Part shown: piece by piece, positions 26,764-36,458 of the stretch
How the letters are laid out: the number at the start of each line of letters is the position of its first letter
Numbering within the stretch: position 1 is the first letter of the stretch
Origin: an uncultured Actinomycetes bacterium
GTDB taxonomy: Bacteria > Actinomycetota > UBA4738 > HRBIN12
NCBI GenBank assembly: GCA_963749895.1
Contig: CAVVOG010000003.1
Span: 987,151-1,051,150, forward strand
DNA: 64,000 nt
Direction: 5' to 3'
Program-made: the position numbers and the translations under genes
Notes under the pieces: model-generated
The model's database searches: none
What the model was told of the DNA's origin: nothing
Seen by the model: the letters and a program-made list of their open reading frames with translations, nothing else

Positions 26764-29073
26764 TCAGGCGCTCCGGCGCTCTTCCCACTCCTCGGGGGTC
26801 ACGAGCACGTCGCGTGCCTTCGATCCCTGTGAAGGACCGACGATCCCCTTCTCCTCCATCAGGTCCATCAACCGTCCCGCGCGGGCGAACCCCACCTTCA
26901 GCTTGCGCTGGAGCATCGAGGTCGAGCCCAGCTGCGAGCGGATCACCAACTCGGCGGCCTGCTCGAGGAGCTCGTCGTCGTCACCCAATCCGTGATCGCC
27001 GGCGTCGTCCGCGGACGGGGGGAGCCCGAGGCCCTCGACCGAGTGCTCGTAGGCGACCTCGCGCTGTCCGCGGATGAACTCGCTGATCGCGAGGATCTCC
27101 TGCTCGGTGACCCACGCGGCCTGCAGGCGCACGGGCTTCGAGAGGTTCGACGGCGCGAACAGCATGTCGCCGTGGCCGACGAGCTTCTCGGCGCCGTTCA
27201 TGTCGAGCACGACCCGGCTGTCGGCCTGGCTCGAGGTCATCAGCGCGATCCGGCTCGGGATGTTCGCCTTGATCAGGCCCGTGACCACGTCGACGCTCGG
27301 ACGCTGGGTCGCGACGACGAGGTGGATCCCGACGGCCCGCGCCATCTGCGCGATCCGGCAGATCGCGTCCTCGACGTCGCGCGGGGCCACCATCATGAGG
27401 TCGGCGAGCTCGTCGATCACCACGACGATGAAGGACATGTGCTCGTAGCGGTGCTCCATCCCCGGCGGGATCCGGAGCGTCCCGGCCTTCAAGCCCTCCT
27501 CGTAGCCGTCGATGTCGCGCACGCCGACGGTGGCGAGCAGTTCGTAGCGGTTCTCCATCTCGCGGACGATCCACTGCAGGGCCTCGGCGGCGCGCTTCGG
27601 GTGCACGATCACCGGGCTGAGCAGGTGCGGGACCTCGGCGAAGTGGCTCAGCTCGACGCGCTTCGGGTCGACGAGCACGAGGCGGACGTCGTCGGGCGTC
27701 GTGCGCATCAACAACGACGTGATGAACGAGTTCACCAGGCTCGACTTGCCCGCACCGGTCGCGCCGGCGATCAGCAGGTGCGGCATCTTCGCGAGGTTCA
27801 CCAGGCGAGCCCGGCCGTGGACATCCTTGCCGAGCGCGACCTCCAACGGATGCGTCGCCTCCTTCGCCGCGCCCGAGCGCAGGATGTCCCCGAGCATCAC
27901 GAAGTCACGGTGCTTGTTCGGTACCTCGACGCCGATCGCGGACTTGCCGGGGATCGGCGCCTGGATCCGCACGTCGGGCGTGGCGAGCGCGTACGCGATA
28001 TCGCTCGACAGCGACAGGACCTTGTTCACCTTCGTCCCGGCGGCGACCTCGACCTCGTACATCGTCACGGTCGGCCCACGGTGGGCGTTCGAGACCTTCG
28101 CGTCGACCCCGAAGGTGCGCATCGTGCGCTCGAGCGCCGCCTGCATCGTGGCCTCGTCCTGCGCGTCGGCCGTCGACGGCGGCGCCGCGCGCAGGAGGTC
28201 CAACGGAGGCAGTTGGTAGGGGCCGCTCGGGGTCTCGACGGTGCGGGTCTTCGGAGAGCGCGTCCGCTTCTTCGGGGCCTCCTCCTCCGCCACCGCGGGC
28301 TCGACCTCGGGCAACGCGATCACGGTCTCCTCGGTCGCGGTCTCCTGCAGCCCGAGGGCCTCGCGGAGACGGCGTCCACGCTTCGGTCGATCGGCCGGCT
28401 CCTCCAACGTGAGGACCGGCTCCGGCTCCGACTCGTCGTCGTCGACGACGTCGGCGGCGGTGAAGAAGTCACGGATCCGACGGATCGCGACGGCGACGGG
28501 CGTCCCCGTGAAGATCAACGCCCCCAGGACGACGAACCCGAGGCACACGATGATCGCCCCCACGGTCGAGAGCACCGCGGACATCGGCGAGGCCACGACC
28601 GCGCCCAGGATGCCCCCCGCCCAGGCGAGTTCCTCGTAGCCCTCACGCGGAGCGGGGTTCCCGCCCATGAGCGACAAGATCCCGAGCACGCCGAGACCGA
28701 ACACCGAGAAGCCGATGAACATCCGGACCCGTTCCTCGCGCGCGGTGTCGCGGAGCAGGATCACGCCCCACCAGATCCCGATCACGGGGAACGCGGCCGC
28801 GGCGACGCCGAACGCCCCCCGCAACAGCCAGGTCAGCCACCCTCCGACCGGGCCGGCGGCGTCGAACCAGACCCCCAGCACCGACAGGAGCGCCAGCACC
28901 ACCAGCCCGATGCCGATCGCGTCGCGCGCCCAGGGGGACAGGATCTGCCGCACCGGGGTCTTCGGGGGCGCCTTCGATGCTGGCTTCTTCGTGGCGCCGG
29001 TCTTGGAGGAGCGTCCGGAGGAGCGCGACGCCGAGCGCCGCGACGGGGAAGTCTTCGTCGCCATAGGCTTCAT
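26764..29073 (-). CDS. ftsK: DNA translocase FtsK
   Basis: N-terminal TM helices, a Pro/Glu linker, an FtsK alpha/beta motor with Walker A GATGAGKSS, and a gamma domain. Confidence 0.95.
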   Translation of the reverse strand: MKPMATKTSPSRRSASRSSGRSSKTGATKKPASKAPPKTPVRQILSPWARDAIGIGLVVLALLSVLGVWFDAAGPVGGWLTWLLRGAFGVAAAAFPVIGIWWGVILLRDTAREERVRMFIGFSVFGLGVLGILSLMGGNPAPREGYEELAWAGGILGAVVASPMSAVLSTVGAIIVCLGFVVLGALIFTGTPVAVAIRRIRDFFTAADVVDDDESEPEPVLTLEEPADRPKRGRRLREALGLQETATEETVIALPEVEPAVAEEEAPKKRTRSPKTRTVETPSGPYQLPPLDLLRAAPPSTADAQDEATMQAALERTMRTFGVDAKVSNAHRGPTVTMYEVEVAAGTKVNKVLSLSSDIAYALATPDVRIQAPIPGKSAIGVEVPNKHRDFVMLGDILRSGAAKEATHPLEVALGKDVHGRARLVNLAKMPHLLIAGATGAGKSSLVNSFITSLLMRTTPDDVRLVLVDPKRVELSHFAEVPHLLSPVIVHPKRAAEALQWIVREMENRYELLATVGVRDIDGYEEGLKAGTLRIPPGMEHRYEHMSFIVVVIDELADLMMVAPRDVEDAICRIAQMARAVGIHLVVATQRPSVDVVTGLIKANIPSRIALMTSSQADSRVVLDMNGAEKLVGHGDMLFAPSNLSKPVRLQAAWVTEQEILAISEFIRGQREVAYEHSVEGLGLPPSADDAGDHGLGDDDELLEQAAELVIRSQLGSTSMLQRKLKVGFARAGRLMDLMEEKGIVGPSQGSKARDVLVTPEEWEERRSA

Positions 29074-29128
29074 AGTCTGACGTCTGGAGCGGGCGCTGCA
29101 AGCAACCTGCGGCCTCTGGCGCCGGGCC

Positions 29129-30814
29129 TCAGGCCTCCATGATCACCGGCAGGATCACCGGCTTGCGCTGCGTGACCTCGAAGAAGTACCGCTTCAGCAC
29201 GCGGCGGATGTCCTGCTGCAGCACCGTCGGGTCGATCACCTCCGACGCCGCCGTCTCGGCCAGCGCCGCGACGACGCGTTCGCGCGCCTCTTCGAGGATC
29301 TCGCCGGAGGTCGCCTCGTGGACGAACCCGCGGTTCACGATGTCGGGACGCCCGATCAGCTCGCCGGTCTGGACGTCCACGGCGACGACCACGACGACGA
29401 CGCCGTCGCCGGCGAGCTTGCGGCGGTCCCGCAGGACCTCGCCCCCGACGTCGCCGATCCCCGATCCGTCGACGAACGTCATGCCGGCCTGGATCCGCTC
29501 GCCCTTGCGGAGCCGTTCATCGATCTCGACGACGTCTCCGTCCTCGCAGATCAAGATCCGGTCGTGTGCGATCCCGATCTCCTCGGCGATCCGGGCGTGG
29601 TGCTGGAGGTGACGGCGCTCCCCGTGGACGGGGATGAACCAGCGTGGCCGGACGAGCGATAGGAGCAATCGGAGCTCTTCCTGCGCCGCGTGCCCGCTCG
29701 CGTGCACGGCGTCGGCGGGCACGTGATAGACGTCGGCACCGCTGCGGTACAAGGCGTCCACCACGCGGTGGATCGCGGGCTCGTTCCCGGGGATCAGGCT
29801 CGACGACAGCACGACGGTGTCGCCCTCGGCGAGCTTCACCCACTTGTGCTCGCGCGCGGCCATCAGGCTGAGCGCGCTGTACGGCTCCCCCTGCGACCCG
29901 GTGCAGGCGATCACCACGTTCTGCGGCCCCACGGTCGGGACGTCGGCGATGTCGATGACGTCGCGGTCGTCGAGCCGGAGGATCCCGAGCCGCCTGGCGA
30001 CGCCGACGCTGTTCTGCATCGAGCGCCCCAGGAACGCGACCACCCGCTGGTTCGCGATCGCGGCGTCGATCACCTGCTGGATCCGGTGGATGTGGCTCGA
30101 GAAGCACGCCACGACGACGATCGCCGGCGCCCGCTCGACGATCTCACGCAGGACCGGCCCGACCGTGCGTTCGCTCGACGTGTGGCCGGGCTCCTCGGCG
30201 TTCGTGGAGTCCGACAGCAGCAGGTGGACGCCGCGCCCGGCCTCCTCGGCGAACCCATGCAGGTCGGTCGGGCGCCCGTCGATCGGCGTCTGGTCGATCT
30301 TGAAGTCGCCGGTGTGCAGCACGGTGCCGAACGGCGTGTCGACCGCGACCGCCATCCCGTCGGGGATCGAGTGGGTCACGTGGAGGAACCGCATCGAGAA
30401 CGGGCCGACGGCGAGCCCCTCACCCGGGACGGCGAGCGTGAGGTCCGCCAGCTCGGTGACCTCGTGCTCGTCGAGCTTGTTCCCGAGCAGCTCCAGGGTG
30501 AAGGACGTCCCGATCACCGGCACCGGGCGTCCGAGATCCTTCAGCAGGTACGGAAGGGCCCCCACGTGATCCTCGTGGCCGTGCGTGAGGACGATCGCCT
30601 CGACGTCGTCCGCACGGTCCCGCACGTACTGCATGTCGGGCAGGACGAGGTCGATCCCCGGCATGTCGGCCGAGGGGAACGACAGGCCCACGTCCATGAC
30701 CAGCAGACGGCCGTCCAGCTCCAGGCAGGCCATGTTGCGACCCACCTCACCCACGCCGCCCAGGAAGACGACGCGACAGCCGGACCCGAGGACCTCAGGC
30801 AAGGAGACCCGCAT
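29129..30814 (-). CDS. rnj: Ribonuclease J
   Basis: Metallo-beta-lactamase HxHxDH motif (LTHGHEDHVG), a beta-CASP domain and the RNase J C-terminal domain. Confidence 0.95.
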   Translation of the reverse strand: MRVSLPEVLGSGCRVVFLGGVGEVGRNMACLELDGRLLVMDVGLSFPSADMPGIDLVLPDMQYVRDRADDVEAIVLTHGHEDHVGALPYLLKDLGRPVPVIGTSFTLELLGNKLDEHEVTELADLTLAVPGEGLAVGPFSMRFLHVTHSIPDGMAVAVDTPFGTVLHTGDFKIDQTPIDGRPTDLHGFAEEAGRGVHLLLSDSTNAEEPGHTSSERTVGPVLREIVERAPAIVVVACFSSHIHRIQQVIDAAIANQRVVAFLGRSMQNSVGVARRLGILRLDDRDVIDIADVPTVGPQNVVIACTGSQGEPYSALSLMAAREHKWVKLAEGDTVVLSSSLIPGNEPAIHRVVDALYRSGADVYHVPADAVHASGHAAQEELRLLLSLVRPRWFIPVHGERRHLQHHARIAEEIGIAHDRILICEDGDVVEIDERLRKGERIQAGMTFVDGSGIGDVGGEVLRDRRKLAGDGVVVVVVAVDVQTGELIGRPDIVNRGFVHEATSGEILEEARERVVAALAETAASEVIDPTVLQQDIRRVLKRYFFEVTQRKPVILPVIMEA

Positions 30815-31682
30815 CCTCCAGGGCGTCGCGCACCCGCTGGCGCTCCTCGGCGGACGCCGGGACCAAGGGCAGGCGTGGTTCGCCGCATCCGCGCCCGATC
30901 AGCTCGAGCGCGGCCTTGAGCGGGATCGGGTTCGAGGTGACGAACAGGGCGTTGAACAGCGGGGAGAGCTCCTCGTGCCGCTTGCGCGCAGCCGCGACGT
31001 CCCCCGTCTCGATCAGTTCGATCATCTGCCGGATCTGCGGACCGACCAGGTGGCTCGCCACGCTGATCACCCCGACCGCTCCCAGGCACAGGTACCCGAA
31101 GGTCGCCCAGTCGTCGCCGGAGTAGACCTCGAACCCCTCGGGCGCCTCGGCGATCAACCTCGACACCGCCTGGAAGTCCCCGGTCGAGTCTTTCACCGCG
31201 ACGATGTTGGGCCGCTCGGCCAACGCCAGGAGCGTGTCGTGCTCGATCCTGGTCGCGGTACGCCCCGGGATGTTGTAGAGGACCATCGGAAGCTCCGTGG
31301 CGTCGGCCACGCGCTCGAAATGGGCGACCAGGCCCCGCTGGGGCGGCTTGTTGTAGTAGGGGGTCACCACGAGCAATCCGTCGGCCCCGGCATCCTCCGC
31401 GGCCTGCGTCAGCTCGAGGGTCTCAGCGGTGGAGTACGTGCCGGTCCCGCACACGAGCCGTCCGCGGCCCCGGATCGCCTCCCCGACCGCGCGGAACAGC
31501 TCGGCCTTCTCCCGATGGGTCAGGGTCGGCGACTCGCCCGTCGACCCCGCGACGACCACCGCGTCGGATCCGTGTTCGACGAGCCAGGAGGCCAGCTCCT
31601 GGGCACGGTCGAGGTCGACGGCGTGATCGTCGCGGAACGGCGTCACCATCGCGGTGACGACGGACCCGAAGCGGCCGGGCAT
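30795..31682 (-). CDS. dapA: 4-hydroxy-tetrahydrodipicolinate synthase
   Basis: MxxFGSVVTAMVTPF, Schiff-base Lys region, typical DapA length. Overlaps the rnj start by 20 nt. Confidence 0.95.
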   Translation of the reverse strand: MPGRFGSVVTAMVTPFRDDHAVDLDRAQELASWLVEHGSDAVVVAGSTGESPTLTHREKAELFRAVGEAIRGRGRLVCGTGTYSTAETLELTQAAEDAGADGLLVVTPYYNKPPQRGLVAHFERVADATELPMVLYNIPGRTATRIEHDTLLALAERPNIVAVKDSTGDFQAVSRLIAEAPEGFEVYSGDDWATFGYLCLGAVGVISVASHLVGPQIRQMIELIETGDVAAARKRHEELSPLFNALFVTSNPIPLKAALELIGRGCGEPRLPLVPASAEERQRVRDALEDAGLLA

Positions 31683-31753
31683 GGCGTCGCCTCCTTCGTC
31701 GGTCCTGGCGCCGGCCGGGGCGCCGACGCTGCATCCGCCTATGCTAGCCCCCG

Positions 31754-32299
31754 ATGCCGCGCATCTACACGAAGACCGGCGACGACGGCACCACCGGCCT
31801 CCTGTACGGGGGTCGTGTCCCGAAGTCCGACCTCGTCACGGAGGCCTACGGAACGACCGACGAAGCCGTGGCCGCGCTCGGCTTGGCACGGGCCCTCGCC
31901 GACGACGACGACATGCGACTGGACCTGCTCACCCTCCAGCGCGAGCTGTTCGTGGTCGGGGCGGACCTCGCGGCCAACCCCGACGACCGCGGCAAGCTCG
32001 AGCCCGGTGTCTCCCTGGTCACCGAGGACATGGTGGAGCGGCTCGAACACCGGATCGACCACCTCGTCGAGCTGCGTCCGCTCCCCGAGTCGTTCGTCGT
32101 CCCCGGCGCGAACCCTGCGAGCGCCGCGATCGACGTCGCGCGCTCGATCGTCCGGCGGGCCGAACGGGCGACCGTGGCCCTCGAACAGGCCGGACGCGAG
32201 GCGAACCCCGCCGTCCGCCTGTACCTCAACCGACTGAGCGACCTGCTGTTCGTGCTGGCGCGCTGGCAGGCGGGCGAGAGCGAACCCGCCACCCGCTGA
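31754..32299 (+). CDS. Cob(I)yrinic acid a,c-diamide adenosyltransferase, PduO-type
   Basis: The N-terminus MPRIYTKTGDDGTTGLLYG is diagnostic for PduO-type ATP:corrinoid adenosyltransferases. Confidence 0.85.
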   Translation: MPRIYTKTGDDGTTGLLYGGRVPKSDLVTEAYGTTDEAVAALGLARALADDDDMRLDLLTLQRELFVVGADLAANPDDRGKLEPGVSLVTEDMVERLEHRIDHLVELRPLPESFVVPGANPASAAIDVARSIVRRAERATVALEQAGREANPAVRLYLNRLSDLLFVLARWQAGESEPATR

Positions 32300-32300
32300 G

Positions 32301-32816
32301 TCAGCGCGCGTGGCGGATCGTCCCGGCGTCGGGGAGCCAGTCCACGCACGGCGACGACCGCGCGCACGGCCTGCGGTTCCAAACGGACCACACCGCGAAA
32401 CGGTAGGGCGTTCCCCGGCTCACGGTGGTCGGCACGTGGACCGTGACGCGGTCGCGTGCGATCCGCCGGACGGTGACGAACCGCAAGAAGTCTCCGTCGC
32501 GGTCGGCGACGACCCCTCGCAGCTCGCCCTCGACGCGCATCACGTACACGCTCCGGCGCCAGCCGTCCTTGCCCGCGAAGCCGATCCGGATCCACCCACG
32601 CTCTCCATCGACCTCGCCGTCTCGGAACCCGCCGCGGGTGGCGATCCGAACGACCTCCCCAGCCGCCTCGTGCGACACCCGGACCCGGCGCAGGTCCAGG
32701 GGCGATCCGGTGTCGGCCGGGTCGGTGCGAGCGATCGTCGTGCCGGCAGCCGGGACCGCCGCAAGGGCGAGGTGCAGGGCGAGGGCGGCGGCGACCACGA
32801 GCGTTCGCCTGGTCAC
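32301..32816 (-). CDS. Secreted hypothetical protein (171 aa, signal peptide)
   Basis: GTG 32816 start followed by a signal peptide (VTRRTLVVAAALALHLALAAVPAAG). The 176 Arg-rich codons upstream in the track are discarded. No family assigned. Confidence 0.5.
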   Translation of the reverse strand: MTRRTLVVAAALALHLALAAVPAAGTTIARTDPADTGSPLDLRRVRVSHEAAGEVVRIATRGGFRDGEVDGERGWIRIGFAGKDGWRRSVYVMRVEGELRGVVADRDGDFLRFVTVRRIARDRVTVHVPTTVSRGTPYRFAVWSVWNRRPCARSSPCVDWLPDAGTIRHAR

Positions 32817-32818
32817 GC

Positions 32819-33274
32819 TCACTCCTCGACGGCGACCGGCGAGAGCGCGCCCCAGTTCTGGTCTCCGAACAACAGGACCACGAGACCGACGTCCTTGAGG
32901 GACAGGTCCTCCGGGAAGGTCGCGACGAGCTCCGCAGCCTCGCCGTCCGGGATCGGGGCGGTCTCGGCGACCTCCGCGTCGGACCGATCCTGGGTCTGCG
33001 AGACCACGTACAGCCCGGGAGGACCCAGCTCGGCGCCGGAGCCGTTCTCGACGCTGAGGGTGCCGCTCTCCCACGAGAAGGCGACGGTCACGCCGTTGTT
33101 CTCGTAGGTCCATTCGCCCGGCACGAAGTCGACGGGCACGTCCTCGGTGGGAAGCGGTGAGCCCGTGTCGGTGGGGTCGCTCGGGCTCGGCGACGGGTCG
33201 TCGCCGGTGCAGGCCGCCCCCACGAGCGCCAGGACCAGCAGCAGGGCGGCCAGTGATCGGGTCGGGATGCGCAC
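32819..33274 (-). CDS. Putative lipoprotein / secreted low-complexity protein (151 aa)
   Basis: Start placed at in-frame GTG 33274 (VRIPTRSLAALLLVLALVGAAC; the N-terminal 52 residues of track ORF 32819..33430 discarded as Arg/Ser-rich artifact). Signal peptide ending in a lipobox-like ALVGAAC, then a Pro/Asp/Ser/Thr-rich mature region. Located 2 nt upstream of the next secreted gene. Confidence 0.5.
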   Translation of the reverse strand: MRIPTRSLAALLLVLALVGAACTGDDPSPSPSDPTDTGSPLPTEDVPVDFVPGEWTYENNGVTVAFSWESGTLSVENGSGAELGPPGLYVVSQTQDRSDAEVAETAPIPDGEAAELVATFPEDLSLKDVGLVVLLFGDQNWGALSPVAVEE

Positions 33275-33317
33275 GGGTGCGGCATGATACGCGAGCGGCC
33301 CGAGCCGCGACCTCGCG

Positions 33318-33785
33318 ATGGAACGGATCGAGCTGCGACGCCACGCCCCGCGGGACCCGGTCGCCGACCGGCTGTCCGCGGCCGGCCGTGCCCTGGCTGA
33401 GGACGTCGGGCGGACCCAGCGCGACGTCACCTACGACGCCGTCTACGTCTCCCCAGCCCAGCGGGCTGCCGAGACCGCCGCGTGGTTCCTCCGCGGCGCC
33501 GGGGCGCAGCTACCCGAGCACGCGGTCGTGCCCGGCCTCGGCGGTCAGGACGTGACCGGTGGCTCCCCCGAGGGCATGGCCGCTGGCATCCGCGCGTTGT
33601 TCGACCAGATCCCGGCGGGTGGCCGAGCCCTCGCGATCAGCCATACGCCGCTCGTCGAGCGGGCCGCGTTCGGCCTGACCGGCCGCGAGGTCGATGCGAT
33701 GCGCGAGTGCGAGGGTCTCCTGATCACCCGCCACGAGGACGGCCGGATCGAGGTGGAGGAGCTGCGCCTGGCGGCTCCGCGATGA
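33318..33785 (+). CDS. Histidine phosphatase superfamily protein (SixA/PGAM-like)
   Basis: Catalytic RHG-type motif near the N-terminus (LRRHAPRD), about 155 aa. Confidence 0.7.
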   Translation: MERIELRRHAPRDPVADRLSAAGRALAEDVGRTQRDVTYDAVYVSPAQRAAETAAWFLRGAGAQLPEHAVVPGLGGQDVTGGSPEGMAAGIRALFDQIPAGGRALAISHTPLVERAAFGLTGREVDAMRECEGLLITRHEDGRIEVEELRLAAPR

Positions 33786-34414
33786 GCGACGCCTGGACCT
33801 GGATCGCACCGGCGTTCGCGCTCGGGTTCGCGCTCGGGGCCGCGCCGGGACCCGTCCAGGTCCTGATCCTGTCCCAGAGCGCCCAGCGTGGGTTCGCGGG
33901 TGGGGTCCGCGTGATGCTCGGGGCGAACCTCACGCTGCTCGCGATCTTGGTCGTGCTCGCGCTCGGCTTCTCGGCGGCCGAGCCCGGCGACGAGCTCCTG
34001 CGGATCCTGCAACTCGCCGGCGGCGCCGTCCTGGTCTGGATCGCCGCGAGCGAGATCCGCGGGCTCCGAGGCGCCCAACTCATCACCGAGGCCGACGTGC
34101 CCGCGCGCCGCCTCGGTCCCACCGCGCTCGGCGTCGTGGCCGTCGTGCTGAATCCCGGCGCATGGATCTTCTTCGCGACGACGGCGTCGGCGGTCATCGC
34201 CGATGCGTCGTCGGGGGGCGGACGCACGGCGGCGTTGCTCACCGCGTTCACGATGGCGTTCGGCGTCTCGACCTCGGACCTCACCTTCACCCTGCTCGGC
34301 AGCGGCGGCCACCGTGTGCTCGGCGAACGGGGTCTGCGGTGGGTCCGGATCGGTCTCGCGGCGCTGCTGGGCGCGATCGGCGTCGTCTTCGTCGTCCAGG
34401 GCCTGACGGGCTGA
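33782..34414 (+). CDS. LysE/RhtB family amino-acid exporter
   Basis: Six TM helices with LysE-type N-terminal helix MSDAWTWIAPAFALGFALGAAPGPVQ. ATG 33782 forms an ATGA overlap with the preceding gene. The track's long Arg-rich N-terminus is discarded. Confidence 0.8.
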   Translation: MSDAWTWIAPAFALGFALGAAPGPVQVLILSQSAQRGFAGGVRVMLGANLTLLAILVVLALGFSAAEPGDELLRILQLAGGAVLVWIAASEIRGLRGAQLITEADVPARRLGPTALGVVAVVLNPGAWIFFATTASAVIADASSGGGRTAALLTAFTMAFGVSTSDLTFTLLGSGGHRVLGERGLRWVRIGLAALLGAIGVVFVVQGLTG

Positions 34415-34422
34415 GCCGGCGC

Positions 34423-35631
34423 TCAGAAGAAGAAGGGCACCCAGGGAGCCGGGCCGGACCCGAACATCGACTCCACGGCCGCGAGCGCCGACGGGGACCG
34501 CACCTCGACCCGTCCCGCGGCCGCGAGGGTGGACCACGTGGCTCCGCCCAGGTAGACCGAGCCGATCTCGTTCACCGAGCAGACGAGGTCGGGGGCGGTG
34601 TCGACCCGCACGCACGACGGCTCGCCGCCCTCGACCGTGAGGGCGAACGTGCCCGCGACCTCCGGGATGAACGGGTCGGTCACGGCCAGGACAACCCGGC
34701 CGTCGCCGCCGTAACCGCGCGATCCGAGGGCGTTCGCGACGTCGACCGGACGCGCGTACAGACCGTCGTAGAGGCGGGCGCGCGCCGCACGAGGCTCCTG
34801 GAGCTGCCAGCGGAGCGGCTCGTCGAGCGGTCGATCCTGGGTCCTGATCCGCGACACGAGGTCGATGTCGAACAGGAAGCGCCACATCGAAGCGTTCGCC
34901 CGCGGGGTGGTCGCGATCAGCTGGCGGAGCTTGACCTCGACGTTCGGAAGGGAGCTCGGCCACTTGTGCTTCGTGCGGTACACGGCGAAGGCGTCGGGCG
35001 TGCCCTCCTCGTCCGTGTGCACCGCGTAGAAGTGGGGCTCGTCCTTCTTCTCCATGAACAGCCCCGGGAACAGCCGTTCCTCGTACACGAGGGCGCCGGG
35101 ACGGGTCGGTGCCCACCGGTCGTAGATCTCGCGCATCAGGGGCAGCGCCTCGTCACGTCCGAGCAGTCGGACGTGCCCGCGGGGCTCGAACCCCGGCGCG
35201 AACACCGCCCGGTCGGTCACGACGTCGAGCTCGACGCCGTGCGTCGCCAGACCGAACCCGAAACGGCCGTAGATCGCGGCCTGCGAGGCGAACAGCGATG
35301 CGATCGGCTCCCGCCGGTCGCGCGCCTGCACCATGATCCGACCGAGCAGCTCGGTCGTGATCCCCCGGCGACGATGGGTCGGCAGCACCCCGACCGTCGT
35401 GACCCCCGCGGTGCCGACGGCGACGCCACCGGGTACGACGGTCCGCAGGGAGAACGTGCCCGCGCAGCCGACGATCCGGCCGTCCTCGAGCGCCGCCCAG
35501 GTGCGCTCGGGTTCCATGAAGACGCGGTCGACCTCGAGATCGAACTCGTCGGGCCTCGCCTCGCCGAACGAAGCCGCGAGTGCCGTCGTGAACGCGTCGA
35601 ACTCCTCGGCCTCGATCGTGCGGTATTCCAT
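34423..35631 (-). CDS. eis: Eis-like GNAT N-acetyltransferase (three-domain: GNAT, GNAT, SCP2-like)
   Basis: 402 aa. GNAT motif (VLPTHRRRGITTELL) and the Eis-characteristic C-terminal tail ending in Phe (...APWVPFFF). Confidence 0.8.
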   Translation of the reverse strand: MEYRTIEAEEFDAFTTALAASFGEARPDEFDLEVDRVFMEPERTWAALEDGRIVGCAGTFSLRTVVPGGVAVGTAGVTTVGVLPTHRRRGITTELLGRIMVQARDRREPIASLFASQAAIYGRFGFGLATHGVELDVVTDRAVFAPGFEPRGHVRLLGRDEALPLMREIYDRWAPTRPGALVYEERLFPGLFMEKKDEPHFYAVHTDEEGTPDAFAVYRTKHKWPSSLPNVEVKLRQLIATTPRANASMWRFLFDIDLVSRIRTQDRPLDEPLRWQLQEPRAARARLYDGLYARPVDVANALGSRGYGGDGRVVLAVTDPFIPEVAGTFALTVEGGEPSCVRVDTAPDLVCSVNEIGSVYLGGATWSTLAAAGRVEVRSPSALAAVESMFGSGPAPWVPFFF

Positions 35632-35643
35632 CGTCCCCGCAGC

Positions 35644-36432
35644 CTATCCGGGCGGGAGCGCCTCGAAGACGTCGCGGAGCACGGGCGCGCCGGGAGCGCG
35701 GGAAGGCCACGCCATCACGAACGCTTCCTGGCCGAGCGCCTCGACCTGCTCGTCCTCGGTCATATCCTCGTCGTCGCCGGCCTGCGTGACGTGCTCGCGG
35801 AGCGCGACGAGCTTGCGCGCCGCGACCGACGAGCAGTCGACGATCACGCCGATCGTCTCGTCGGGGACCCCGCGGGGGTGGTAGAGCTGCTCGGGATCGA
35901 ACGGCTCGCGTCCGGAGGCGACGAGCTGCGCGTTCCAGGCATCCATCCACGACTGCGGCAGGCTGTTGAGCAGCAGCCGTAGGAGGCCGTCGCCGCCTTC
36001 CTCGCGGACCCGGTGGAACGCCTCCATGGTCGCGCGACCGACCGTGACGTGGTCGGGATGACCGGTGATCCCGTCGGGACCGAACGTGATCACGACGTCC
36101 GGGCGCTCCTCGCGCAGCACGGCCGCGATCCGCTCGACGAGACCGTCGTACGGTTCCGTCTCGACACCGTGGTCCGGGAGACGGAACCACTCGTGACGGT
36201 CGGGCGCCCGACCGAGGGCGACCCAGGAACGCCGATCCTCCTCTTCCCGGACGCGCCCCAGCGTCGCAGGTGTGGCTCCGCTGCCTTCGGCGATCTGGCC
36301 GGCCTCGCCGCTCGTGACGTGGACCAGCACGAACCGGAACGCCGGATCTTCGGCGTGGAGCGCGACCGTGCCGGCGACACCCCAGGTGTCGTCGTCAGGG
36401 TGCGCGACGATCGCGGCGAGCCGTCGCGACAT
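35644..36432 (-). CDS. PIG-L/LmbE family N-acetylglucosaminyl deacetylase (MshB/Mca-like)
   Basis: Zinc-binding motifs AHPDDDT and HPDH. Start is ATG 36432. The 160 upstream track codons are Arg-rich artifact. Confidence 0.8.
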   Translation of the reverse strand: MSRRLAAIVAHPDDDTWGVAGTVALHAEDPAFRFVLVHVTSGEAGQIAEGSGATPATLGRVREEEDRRSWVALGRAPDRHEWFRLPDHGVETEPYDGLVERIAAVLREERPDVVITFGPDGITGHPDHVTVGRATMEAFHRVREEGGDGLLRLLLNSLPQSWMDAWNAQLVASGREPFDPEQLYHPRGVPDETIGVIVDCSSVAARKLVALREHVTQAGDDEDMTEDEQVEALGQEAFVMAWPSRAPGAPVLRDVFEALPPG

Positions 36433-36458
36433 GGCGACCAGGGTAGCGCCGGGCGCTG

